A stretch of DNA of 64,000 bases from assembly GCF_964188315.1 (NCBI RefSeq), contig NC_135656.1, forward strand, positions 16,120,001 through 16,184,000, written 5' to 3'. Shown piece after piece: positions 21,072 to 33,220 of this stretch. Each line of letters starts with the position of its first letter. Within the stretch, counting starts at the first letter, position 1. The stretch is from Podarcis muralis. Lineage: Eukaryota. The notes beneath the pieces were generated by a model. That model worked only from the letters and a program-made list of their open reading frames with translations, was not told the DNA's origin and did not search any database. The position numbers were made by a program, and so were the translations under genes.

Positions 21072-22482
21072 TGCTATAAAAATGGTAAAATATTAGGCAT
21101 TAAAAATTTGCCTTCAGATGTCTTCTAAAGGTCAGGTACCAGTAGTTGTTTATTTCCTTGACATCTGATGGGAGGGTTTTCCACAGGGTGGGTGCCACTA
21201 CCGAGAAGGCCCTCTTCTTGCCTGGTTCCCTGTAACCTCCCTTCTTGCAGTGAGGGAACCACCAGAAGGCCCTCAGAGTTGGACCTCAGTGTCAGGACTG
21301 GACAATGCTTGTGTAAGAGCAACACAAGTGCCCTCCTACTATTCCTTCTTATAGATGACCATTATGCAGTAAGGGCAGGGGGAAGTGTATCTTAAAGCAT
21401 TTAGTTCTGAATCAACTCACAGTGTTTTGGGGCAGGGTGTAAAACTCATGGAAGGTTGGCTTTGCATCTGGCCAACTGAAGCACTACAGTATTGTAATTC
21501 TACAGCACTCTTTGTGTAACTTTTCCCATGGAGGGCGGTGTACATTGTCCCCCCCCCCCCCCATATTATCACAATAACCCTATGAAACAGTTTAGGATGA
21601 GAGTTCGTGACTGGCCCAAGGTTACCCCATGAGCTTCATAACCAAGTGGGGATTTCAACCCATGTCTCTTAACTACTAGAGCACACTAGGAAGAAGGACT
21701 TATGGTAGAATGAGAGCTATTTGTTTCAATATTTATATGCCACTTTTCCGCAGCTGATAAAGCACTTGTGAACAGTTCACATCAGTATTAAACAATAAAT
21801 TACAACGGTGTGTGATAAAACACTGAAACAATAATGTATCACTCAACAAACCAGTCTCCCTTGTACTGATAAAGCTTGGTCCTAAACGCAGGCAACTTAT
21901 TTATTAGCTACCACTGATCTTACTACCGTAGCTTTTAAAATTGTACATAATAATAATGATTTTATTATTTATACTCCACCCATCAAAAAATGTAAAATAT
22001 ACATATATGTAAATTCCGCATATGCTGTGCCTAGAAAGCACAAGTCCTGGCAGTTTCCCGCTTGACTGGAGTTTTCCCCTTTCCAAGGGAAAACCCGCTC
22101 TTTAGTGATATATCAGAACAAATGGCAATCTGGGGGAAACCCAGATTCCTGTTTGCTCTAATTGAACACTAAAGAGCAGGGGTTTTTTTTCCAGGAGGAT
22201 GATGGAAGCAGCATAACAAGGGGAGGCATGGATAAACTAGTCTGTATATACATATTTTTTATTGTGAAATCGCTTTGGGAAGCTTTATGAGAAGCGATTC
22301 ATAAAGGAAATTAAATGAACAGTGTTTCTGGGTTTATATCTTTGCAGATAAAACTTGTTTTTGAATTTGTCAATTCAACGTAGATTATAAAGCATAGTAA
22401 CTGTTAAATATTGAATTTTGGTAAAGATTTGCAGGAGGAAATAATTGAGTTTAAAAGTGCAATGGAAGCAGAGTTTGCCTGT

Positions 22483-25400
22483 TCACAGAACAAGATGAAT
22501 GGTTACCCACACCACAGTTGAAAAAATCAGAACACATGGAATGCTCACAATGGAGGTTTTGCCAAGTAGGCGTGAATCTATCCAACTTCTGTAATTAGCT
22601 GCATGTATATAGATTCCTGGTAATTTTGGTCGACCACAGCCAATACCAAAGCTGGTGATTCCTACCAGATAAAACTTGTCATCATCTGGCAAATAACACA
22701 TCAGAGGACCACCACTGTCTCCCTGGAAAATGAAAAATAAGGAAGACAATCTAAGTGTTGTTGACAGTATTCGGAAGGTTTCACATGCAGAGGGATTGAG
22801 ATACAATCGTTTTGAGTTTTACCTCTCAGAAATCATCAAGAGAAAATACTCATTGCTAGGAAATAAGGATGAGTCTGGAAATAATGAATTGGGTAATCTT
22901 CCTTTGTGGCTCAACAGCACTACCAACAGGTAAGGTAAAGGGACCCCTGACCGTTAGGTCCAGTCGTGGACGACTCTAGGGTTGCAGCACTCATCTCGCT
23001 TTACTGGCCCAGGGAGCCGGCATACAGTTTCCGGGTCATGTGGCCAGCATGACTAAGCCGCTTCTGGCAAAGAAGAGAAGCGCATGGAAATGCCGTTTAC
23101 CTTCCCGTCGGAGTGGTACCTATTTATCTACTTGCACTTTGATGTGCTTTCGAACTGCTAGGTTGGCAGGAGCAGGGACCGAGCAACGGGAGCTCACCCC
23201 ATCATGGGGATTCGAACCGCTGACCTTCTGATCGGCAAGCCCTAGGCTCTGTGGTTTAGACCACAGCGCCACCCACTCTCGAGTACCAACAGGTAGGCCA
23301 CTTTAAAAATGTGATCATTTGGGGCAGGTGGGGAGAGGAATTCTAGACATCAAGCTAGTCATACAATAATAGTACTGTACATGATATTCCATTTAATGTT
23401 AGCTACCATAACAAGAGCCATGTTTTTATTACAATTCTTGCCTCACCCTCTGTTGCCAAATTCTGTTTTGGAGGGAAGCAAAGTGGAAATAAGTGAATGC
23501 CCTGAATTTTTATGCATAGCTCTTCTTTCATTTATTTTATGTTTTGAAATGTATGCTCCACTTTTCTTTCTAAAGTAAACTCAAAAGTCCCCACTCTCAT
23601 TTCTCAGCTACTAGTATATTTCAGTGAGCCAAAAAAGGACCCAAAAAGAAAATAGTGGTAACAAGTTCTATATCTTAACTGGAATTATGCCGCATGCAAT
23701 CTCAAATCAATATTAGGCACATGAAATTATGGTATTGCTTGAATTTTACTGTGATGTGTCAATGAGACCATTTCATCAAATGAAGAAACAGCAACTTATT
23801 TCTATTAATTTTCCAACTGCTTTGGTAGTACTGTGACCGGTGTTACCCTCATCCAGTAATGATATTTGAGCTACCAACAACAAGACAACATGTTTCTTCA
23901 ATTTGTTTTGAAACAGAATTATCTTCATTTTACCAGGCAAGTGTCAACATGTCCACTTTCAGAGCCAGCACAAAGCTGATTCCTTGATAGTTGTCCATTA
24001 TACCAATCGTAACTATTACAGACTTCGTGTGGAAAAACTTTTATTTCAGCTTCTTGTAATATATAACTTGGTGTACCTATAATGAATACATAAAATACAG
24101 CTGGTAGTATGCCTCTGTTTAACATTCTGTAACATATTGAACAATATGCAAAAATGCTGGCTGTTGACATCTTTTAGTCCAAAGTAACTTTCTTAAGCCT
24201 CATGCACCACAGCCACATCCCCATTAAAGTGCAGAGAACCTATGTCAATTGCTAAAACGGAGCTCAAAAGTCATTCCACCATCTTGGAGATGTGATGAAT
24301 TTTGGTACACTGACCCTAGGTGAATACAGAGCTGTAGATACCATCCCTTTTTTTAAAAAAAATATTTTTTATTTATGATTTTCAATCTTATACATTTCAA
24401 TAATTTTACAATCATTTTAACATTTCAAAACTCGACTTCCTTCCCCCCTTAAATTTTTATTTTATATTTTCTGCATATTCCAAATTAAATTAATCATTTA
24501 TTCATCTACTTTCAATGTATACTCTCAGCTGTAGATGCAACCCCATTTATCTTTGAGTGTGCTGCATTCTCCTTTAAATTTTCTAGTGGTGCAACCTTTA
24601 AATGAGCAATCTGAATGGCTGGGATTAACGATGGTGCAATGAGTTTAGGCATCACTATGGGTAGGGTTAGAAGTCATGGCAGCAGCGTACTAAGTTGTAA
24701 TAAAATTAATTACAATAGGACCACAAGTTATCTGAGGGGTTATGTGGGATGTCAAGCAACCTTCCCAGAGCCCAGAATGCAAGGCAGAGGGCTTAAAAAC
24801 TATTTCTGTGGTAGGAAAACCCTTTGTGGAAAGAGCTTTTAAGTCCTCCACCTTTCTTACTGGGCTCTGAGTCACACAAGGGTTCTGGAAGTTCTCACAA
24901 GTCTCCAGGACACTGATAAGCAAGGCTGCCCCACCCCCCTGTCTAGTCCCCCTGGTCACAGTGTGTAAAGCTGAGATCAAGTACAGTGGTACCTTGGTTC
25001 TCAAACATCTTGGTTCTCAAACTCCAAAAACCGGTAAGTAACTGTTCCAGTTTTCAAACTATTTTTGGAAGCTGAACGTCCGATGCGGCTGTCGGCTATT
25101 GTTTCCAGGGCACCTGTACCAATCAGAAGCTGCGCCTTGGTTTTCGAACATTTCGGAAGTAAAACTTCCGGAACGGATTAAGTTTGGTGCTTTTGTTTTT
25201 GTTATTTATTTTGTGTTTTTGTTTTTGAGGCTTTTTCGGTTACCGTATTTTTCGCACCATAGGGCGCACCGGACCATAGGGCGCACCCAGTTTTTAGGGG
25301 GGGAAATCAAGAAAAAAATCTTCCCCCCCCCCCAGCCCCAAAGAGCAGCGTACAGGGTGCGCACAACCTCTCCCTGCCGGAGGGGTTGCAAGCAGCTATG

Positions 25401-27533
25401 GAGCAAGCCAAGTTTTGGCTTCCCCTTTAGCCCCATGCAGCCTCTCCTTGCCGGGAGACACTGCGCAGGGCTAAAGAAGCCATAGCCCCGTGCAGCCTCT
25501 CCTTGCGGAGGGGTTGCGCGCAGCTATGGAAGAAGGCAAGGCAGCAAGCGGGATGGATCCCGCTCGCTGTTTTGCCTTCCCCTTTAGCCCCGCGCAGCCT
25601 CTCCTTGCGGAGGGGTTGCGCGCGGCTATGGAAGAAGGCAAGGCAGCGAGCGGGATGGATCCCGCTCGCTGTTTTGCCTTCCCCTTTAGCCCCGCGCAGC
25701 CTCTCCTTGCGGAGGGGTTGCGCGCGGCTATGGAAGAAGGCAAGGCAGCGAGCGGGATGGATCCCGCTCGCTGTTTTGCCTTCTCCTTTAGCCCCGCGCA
25801 GCCTCTCCTTGCGGAGGGGTTGCGCGCGGCTATGGAAGAAGGCAAGGCAGCGAGCGGGATGGATCCCGCTCGCTGTTTTGCCTTCCCCTTTAGCCCCGCG
25901 CAGCCTCTCCTTGCGGAGGGGTTGCGCGCGGCTATGGAAGAAGGCAAGGCAGCGAGCGGGATGGATCCCGCTCGCTGTTTTGCCTTCCCCTTTAGCCCCG
26001 CGCAGCCTCTCCTTGCGGAGGGGTTGCGCGCGGCTATGGAAGAAGGCAAGGCAGCGAGCGGGATCCATCCCGCTCGCTGTTTTGCCTTCCCCTTTAGCCC
26101 CGCGCAGCCTCTCCTTGCGGAGGGGTTGCGCGCGGCTATGGAAGAAGGCAAGGCAGCGAGCGGGATGGATCCCGCTCGCTGTTTTGCCTTCCCCTTTAGC
26201 CCCGCGCAGCCTCTCCTTGCGGAGGGGTTGCGCGCGGCTATGGAAGAAGGCAAGGCAGCGAGCGGGATGGATCCCGCTCGCTGTTTTGCCTTCTCCTTTA
26301 GCCCCGCGCAGCCTCTCCTTGCGGAGGGGTTGCGCGCGGCTATGGAAGAAGGCAAGGCAGCGAGCGGGATGGATCCCGCTCGCTGTTTTGCCTTCCCCTT
26401 TAGCCCCGCGCAGCCTCTCCTTGCGGAGGGGTTGCGCGCGGCTATGGAAGAAGGCAAGGCAGCGAGCGGGATGGATCCCGCTCGCTGTTTTGCCTTCCCC
26501 TTTAGCCCCGCGCAGCCTCTCCTTGCCGGGAGATGCTGCGCAGGGCTTTCCTGGCTTTCCTGGGAGGTGGGGGAATTCCCTCACCTCTCGCAAAAGCCCG
26601 CAGAAGCCGTGAGCTCTTTAAAGGGGCTGCGCGGCTTCTCCTGGCTTTTCTGGGAGGTGGGGGAATTCCCCCACCTCCCGCAAAACCGGCAGAAGCCGCG
26701 TGCACTTTAAAAGGGCTGCACGGCTTCTCCTGGCTTTCCTGGGAGGTGGGAGAAGGGACTGATGCGGCCAGTCAGTCCCTTCTCCCTCCTGTGGAAAAGC
26801 CCGCAAGAGCGCACGGAGCTTGTGTGCGGCTCTTGGGGGCTTTTCCCGCCTGCCTCCCCCCCTGCATTCGCTCCATAGGACGCACACACATTTTCCCTTG
26901 CTTTTTAGGAGGGAAAAAGTGCGTCCTATGGTGCGAAAAATACGGTAATTTGTTTTTGTGACTGTGTGGAACCCAATTCAGCTATTGATTGATTGATTGA
27001 TTGTATGACTGCGGAAATTGATAAAAGCCCCCCATCCTGACTATCATCAGTGCAGGGAAGAAAAAAATTAAATTTTCCTTTTTATCATCTACAATACTGT
27101 CTTATTTATTTTATAGTACAGTACATTGATTATTGCTTATATTTTATGGATCAATGGTCTCGTTAGATAGTAAAATTCATATTAAATTGCTGTTTTAGGG
27201 GTTGTTTTTAGAAGTCTGGAATGGATTACTTCATTTTGCACTACTTTCTATGGGAAAGCGTGCCTTGGTTTTGGAACGGACTCCCGGAATGGATTAAGTT
27301 TGAGAACCAAGGTACCACTGTATGTGAAATGTGCATATGTTGTGGTCCTAAGTTTATTCTGCTCATTGTCAGTTTATTTGTTTTGGCCATGAACACCTAC
27401 TGAGTGTATACTTGTTGGGAAACCTGGGTTTCCTTCCGAGTAATGTGAAATAGTCCCAATGTATTCACAGCAAGGAGGTATTCTAAGATCACCAAACTAA
27501 TTCTCACTCTCAATAATAGATTAGTTGAAAACC

Positions 27534-27587
<54 letters not shown>

Positions 27588-30500
27588 GTATTTTTCGCCC
27601 TATAGGACGCACTTTCCCCCCTCCAAAAATGAAGGGGAAATGTGTGTGCATCCTATGGGGCGAATGCAGGCTTTCGCTGAAGCCTGGTAAGCGAGAGGCG
27701 TCGGTGCGCACCGACCCCTCTCGGTCTCCAGGCTTCAGGAAGCTGTCCGCAAGCCTTGCGCGCCCGGTGGGAGTTCCCGCCGGGCTCGCAAGGCTTGCGG
27801 GCAGCAGGCTGAAACCCGAAGCACAGGGCGCGCTTTGGAGCTCGCCCCGTGCAGATGTCCGCAAGCCTTGCGCGCCCGGCAGGAGTTCCTGCCGGGCGCA
27901 CAAGGCTTGTGGATAGCAGCTTGTTCTGGGGTCGGGGGAAGGGGAATATTTATTTATCCCCCCCCCCAAAAAAAAAACACACACAAAAAACCACCGAGGT
28001 GCGTCCTATGGGCCAGTGCGCCCTATAGGGTGAAAAATACGGTGTGTGTGTGTATATATATATATATAGGTTTTATATTCTGATTTTGTTCTGTGAACCG
28101 CCCTGAGATCTTCAGGTATAGGGCGGTATATGAAGCCAGTAAATAAAAAATAAAAGGAAATATTTACCATTCTCTTTTGTCAATCCCCATCCACTTATAT
28201 AACATGGGTTCCTGTCACTCAGGAGAAGAGGGGTGCTAGGTAAACAGATGGGCTGAATATAGTCATTGTATGTGATAACCTGGCTTAATTTAAACAAGGC
28301 AATATCATTTACGTGACTTCTTGCATCATAACGACAGTGGGGCATGATTTTCATCACCTGGCTGTTTACAGAATGAATCTTGTCTCCATAAAGTCGACGC
28401 AAGCCAAACACAGCCCTCCAAAGCTGTGGTGTTGTCCTAGGACAAAATGAAAGCCCTTGCAGAGTCAATCATTAAGCTAGGATTGCAACTTCAGAGCAAT
28501 GAATTTTGTGTCTTGCTTCACCATCTGTTCAAAAATAAACATGAAGCTAGACTCATCAAACACCAAAAGAATGAAAGAGATTGCTGCAGATAATAAAAGC
28601 AACATATCCAGCAAATCGTTTAGATTCCAAACAGATATACAGATAGGTAATACTAGCCAGAGCAAGCTCAAAACATGCTCAACAAGAGTTTCAATTCACT
28701 TCAACTAACTTGGAATTGAGCAAAACTAGGCTTTATTTCACCCAGGTCAAAGACAGAGTTTGGCACCCCCCCCCCATGCTGGGAGCTTCAGTGGCACCCC
28801 TCTGGGGGCTAGCCCCTCCGTAGCTATGGCATTGCTTGGAATGCCACAATGACAATTGTGTCTGTAAATAGAGCATTGTTATTTCCTTTTTTTAAAAAAA
28901 ATGATATTTATTAGAAGTTTAATAGTTACAAAAAAAGAAAGACAATAAAAAGAGCAATGTTATTTCCTTTCCTATCTGTGCCTTTTTTGCAGGGAGTTGA
29001 TTTTATGATGCTCATTATCCCAGGGGGGAATTACATTCAGAAATTTGCTGGAGTGGACTGGGGGACATTCAGTGAATAGGATGGATCCTCCCTCTGGAAC
29101 AGATAGGCAAAGCATTTCAAGTCTTTTGCCTCTTCCAGGATTAGGAGCCATTCTACCCTCCAGTTCTGCCCTGCCTCTGGTCAGGTTGGCAGATTCCTTT
29201 TTTCTATGGGTAAAGGAGGGGGGTCCTTATTCTATATACCACTGTCTTTGTGGTTTCTCTTTTGCTTCGTTTTTGCCTCTTCCATGTGTTTGAGAGGGTT
29301 TTCTCCAACAGATATCCATAATATAGCTATAACACTACAAATCACCTGGCCTTGCAAAAAGCTGAAATAAGATAAAGAGCCACATGTATGGATACACATA
29401 CAAAAAACATTCAGTAAGTCCATATACATGTACTTATATTTGATCCATATACTTTTCTCACACCAGACACAGAAAAAAGATTGAATATATAAAGATCTGA
29501 ATATATACCTGTTTTGAATGCAGTGTGCTGCTGTTAGCACGGAGTCATAATCAATTAAAGATCCAGCACATACATGAAGGTATCTTCCATTAGTATGGTG
29601 AACTTGAAGACTAACTTGCCAAGGCCATCTTCCAACTTCAGCGTCATGTCCACCTACAATCCGTTCTTCCTCTGTGGTCTCATCTACAAGTGGCCTGGTT
29701 CCACATTCTAAATATCAAAATTTATATTGGTGAGATGCAATCCAGCAATTGGTTTGCATCTTTCCATTTATGCAAGGACTTGTGTTTGTGCACTAGTACA
29801 TTCCTTGAATTGTTGGGGAAACCCAGAACACCTGACGGAGACATTATGCAAACCTGAAACATTCAGTGTGGGGGAAAATAACCCTGGTTATACTGTATTG
29901 TTGGGTTGCAAACCAAAGCCAGCCTCTGCAATAACACTGATTTTAACCTATGTTAACAGAAGACTACATTATACGACTATTGTAAGATGCTCTCTTTTTT
30001 TACCCCAACAGGGCACCTAAACCTGCAAGAAGATGGGTAAAAATCACATGTTCTAAATTGAGTAAGATCCTAGTTCCAAGGAAAGATCCAGAGTTCATGA
30101 TTTTCCTCTCCCCCTTTCTGAGGGTGGATGGACAAGGGGCATCAAGAAATCTAAGACTGTTCCTGTTTTGTATGTGGGCATCTCATTCTTTCTCTCGAAG
30201 GTGCTCTCCATAAAAGGATCTAGCCTTGTTTCCAGTCAATTAGGTGAAAAAAAGGTAAAGGTAAAGGACCCCTGGACAGATAAGTCCAACCAAAAGCAAC
30301 TATGGGGTGCAGTGCTCATCTGGCTTTCAGGCCGAGGGAGCCAGTGTTTGTCCACAGCCAGCTTTCCAGTTCGTGTGACCAGCATGACTAAACTGCTTTT
30401 GGTGCAATGGGACACCGTGACGGAAACCAAAGCACACGGAAATGCTGTTTACCTTCCGCTGCAGCAGTACCTATTTATCTACTTGCACTGGCGTGCTTCC

Positions 30501-31130
30501 AAACTCCTAGGTTGGCAGGAGCTGGGACAGAGCAACGGGAGCTCACCTCGTCACATGGATTTGAACTGCTGACCTTCTGATCAGCAAGCCCAAGAGGCTT
30601 AGACCACAGCACCACCTGTGTCCCTCCAGTCAATAGTCCCATAGTCGAAGGACTCCATCGTTGCCTTTGACTGGACTTAACCGTCTAGGGGCCCTTTAAC
30701 TTTACCTTCCAGTCAATTAATTCAAGGATTGGCTCTAAATAATTATTTCCCCACCCCACCCCTAAAACACTGCAGATAATTTTGCTTGCTCCAATAGGAT
30801 AGAAACCGAATCCCCTTATTTTTGGGATGGCGGCCAAGGGTCTCATTGTGCAGCCCTCACCCCCAGCCTCCTTCCTTATGGGCTGTTCTCACTGGAGGGG
30901 AAGCCCCTGACACCGGAGGCCACTAGCAGCCTCCCTCCAGCCCCAGCCTCGAAGGGCGTGCCTGACACGTGAGAACCTGACACGTGAGAATGTGCCCGCG
31001 GGTTCCGCCAAGGGAAGCCGGGCTCACTCTCTAGAGAGATCCCGGCCGAGGGGTTCTCGCCAGTAGCCTCGCCCAGCAGCAGCAGGAGCAGCGCCAGCCA
31101 GCCAGCAGCCGGCCCACTAAAACGCCGCAT
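22483..31130 (-). CDS. TMPRSS12: TMPRSS12-like serine protease, copy C (complete, 317 aa)
   Basis: Exons E1 31028-31130, E2 29509-29707, E3 28168-28436, E4 23934-24076, E5 22483-22722; total 954 bp, in frame, GT-AG. EEER|[31 protein letters not shown]; hydrophobic tail. Confidence 0.92.
22933..23283 (+). mobile_element. Sauria-type SINE
   Basis: 12-bp TSD TACCAACAGGTA (22921-22932 / 23284-23295). Confidence 0.82.
25243..26945. mobile_element. Tc2-like non-autonomous TIR element carrying hairpin minisatellites
   Basis: 27-bp TIRs CCGTATTTTTCGCACCATAGG(G/A)CGCAC with one mismatch; TA TSD (25241-25242 / 26946-26947). Confidence 0.85.
25492..26530. repeat. 102-bp GC-rich minisatellite, 10 full copies plus a partial copy
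   Basis: Unit starts at 25492, 25594, 25696 ... 26410, 26512; units are nearly identical. Confidence 0.95.
27586..28042. mobile_element. Second Tc2-like MITE with internal hairpins
   Basis: Termini (A)CGTATTTTTCGCCCTATAG / CTATAGGGTGAAAAATACGG; flanked by (TA)n(CA)n on the left and (TG)n(TA)n on the right. Confidence 0.8.
30250..30706 (+). mobile_element. Sauria-type SINE (30250-30624) followed by an inverted 5' SINE fragment (about 30638-30706)
   Basis: Family sequence; target TCCAGTCAAT occurs three times (30231, 30625, 30708). Confidence 0.78.
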
Positions 31131-31420
31131 CGTCTGTCAAGGACACAAAATGGCGGGCTGCGAGTCTTCTCCCGCTTTCCCCCCCGCGCTTCCCTGCTGA
31201 GCGTCACGTGACGGCCGCGCTACGTTTTTCCGACGGCGGCCTTCGCTCCCAGGCGGCGGGTATCCCCAACTCGTTCCTCTGCAAAATGGGTCTCCCCTCC
31301 CGGCGGCGGAGGTGGCGGGAGCCGGTGGAAGCGCCTTGCTGGAGGGAGGGAAGGCGATTTCCATTCATTTCCCTGCTCCCGGCCTTCGGGGTCACCTCGC
31401 ATGCTGTACTGGAGGACGGA
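30870..31420. promoter_or_regulatory. CpG-island promoter / exon 1 of copy C
   Basis: CpG-dense; AAAATGGCGG at 31147-31156; palindrome CGTCACGTGACG at 31202-31213. Confidence 0.7.
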
Positions 31421-33220
31421 AACCGCCTGTTCACCCCCTCCCAATACTTCTGAAGCAGCTTTTTTTTGGGGGGGGGGACTTAACTCTTATTTATAGATCT
31501 TCACAATACCAACTGTATGTATCCCCCCCCTCCAGTCATGCGAGGTAGGAAAGAGATTTGTACATGGTGATCCAAGGTATCTATAATGGAGATTCGTAAC
31601 TTGGCAGGAGTTTGAACTTCGGTTTCCTTTGTTTCATTTTCTGGTAGGTTTACTGTGCCATTAACAAGCTGAGAGGCAGAAACGCAACAGATTGAGCTTT
31701 CCTTTTTGCCGCCTTTCCACTCCAGAAACAGTATTCTGGCATATAGGTGTTTCTTTGTTTTATCTAACATTCATTACTGGACCAAGCATGGGAGTGCACT
31801 CGTTTAAGCTCTTGTCATGTTCAGAAACACACTGTACTTTAGGCAGCTGTATAGAGATGGTAACAAAACAGAATAATTCTACTGTGCCACAGCACTTTTC
31901 GTCCTCCTTTGTATCAAAAGAGCAAGCCTGTATTCAAAATGCTATGTTCCTGTAAAAGGGACGGACTCAGGGTTCAACACACGTGGCTGTTTTCTTATCT
32001 CTTGCCAGGGACACAAGTGCATCGGGAAGTTTTTAATGTTTGACGTTTTATTACATTTTTATATTCTGCTGGAAGCCGCCCAGAGTGAATAATATTCACC
32101 TCACCCCCCACGCCCAGGTGAATAATATTCACTGCACCCCCACGCCCTGTAAGTTGGGCACCAGCAGCGGAAAGTTAAGGATTCCCATAAATACTACACT
32201 TGGGTTTCAAATAGGTTGACATTCAACTGCAAAATTTATTATCAAACACAGTACAATTGTATGGCATTGTTTGTTAGGCAACTGTCGTGTACATTTTTTT
32301 CTAGAATAAAAAAATGGGTAAGATTTTAATTCCACAAATTATGAGTCCTGTGCTTAAACATTAATAAAAATATGTTTGTATCGTATGCTCAGTGACTGTT
32401 TTCAGAGCATGCCTTTTAGCCCATTTTGAAGAGTGTGATGGTTGCAATGTAAATCACACATGTTAACTGAAAAGTGCCTTTCGGGTTCATATTTTTAAAT
32501 TAAGGGTGAAATAATATATTTGAATCTTATTTTGTTCTGTGAGCCACACTGAGGTGTCTGGGTATAGGGCAGTATATAAATTCAGTAAATAATAATAAAA
32601 ATTCAAAGCATATAGGTTGTTTAAAAATAAAGGACTGGATGCAAACTAATAACACAATCCCTTACATAAACACACGTTGATGGGGACTGGATGAAATGTA
32701 ATCACCTCTCTGCCATGGAGTGGGGGTTGCTTTGCAGATGCCCCAGAATCATTCATTCAAAAAGTTACTGCCAGTGGTAGCTAGCAGCCACAAAGCAGGC
32801 ATCGCAGGGTAGAGTCAGGGTACTGGCAGCTTTGGGTCTGTTGGACCCAAAATCCCACAGATTCCCTGAGATGTTTGATATTCAAGGCCTCTCAGCTATA
32901 GCAGACTGGAGCTGGCACAGCAAAAAATATCCCTCCCCTCCCCAACATCTGCCTTGGTCAGCATGAGTCAGCAGGACTTTTGATGTGGCAACATATTTGT
33001 CACTCCACTGCTGTTTCCAAGCCCAGTTTGGGTTGCTCTGTGTGTCACTTTTCATTCCCAATTAAATCCATGGGACAAACTACACTTTGATTTCAACGGG
33101 ATCTTAATGCCTGAATCCAGATCAATGAATTTTTCTAAAACACATTTGCCAGGAGGAAGAAGTAAATTCAGAAAACAATTTGAGATTATTCTAGTTCAGT
33201 GGAGTAGAAGTTTGCCTCTT

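Larger units (their letters stand above)
24984..27320. mobile_element. Tigger-like TIR element interrupted by a Tc2-like element
   Basis: TIRs CAGTGGTACCTTGGTTCTCAAAC / GTTTGAGAACCAAGGTACCACTG with TA on both sides; about 630 bp once the inner element is removed. Confidence 0.85.

Noticed and set aside
25492-26530. CRISPR-like regular array with palindromes
   Set aside because: Units are contiguous and near-identical with no unique spacers, there are no cas genes, and the context is eukaryotic.
25427-26710. Four long ORFs (328-406 aa) on both strands
   Set aside because: They arise because the 102-bp (multiple of 3) GC-rich unit lacks stops in several frames. They sit inside a TIR element in an intron and have no domain-like sequence.
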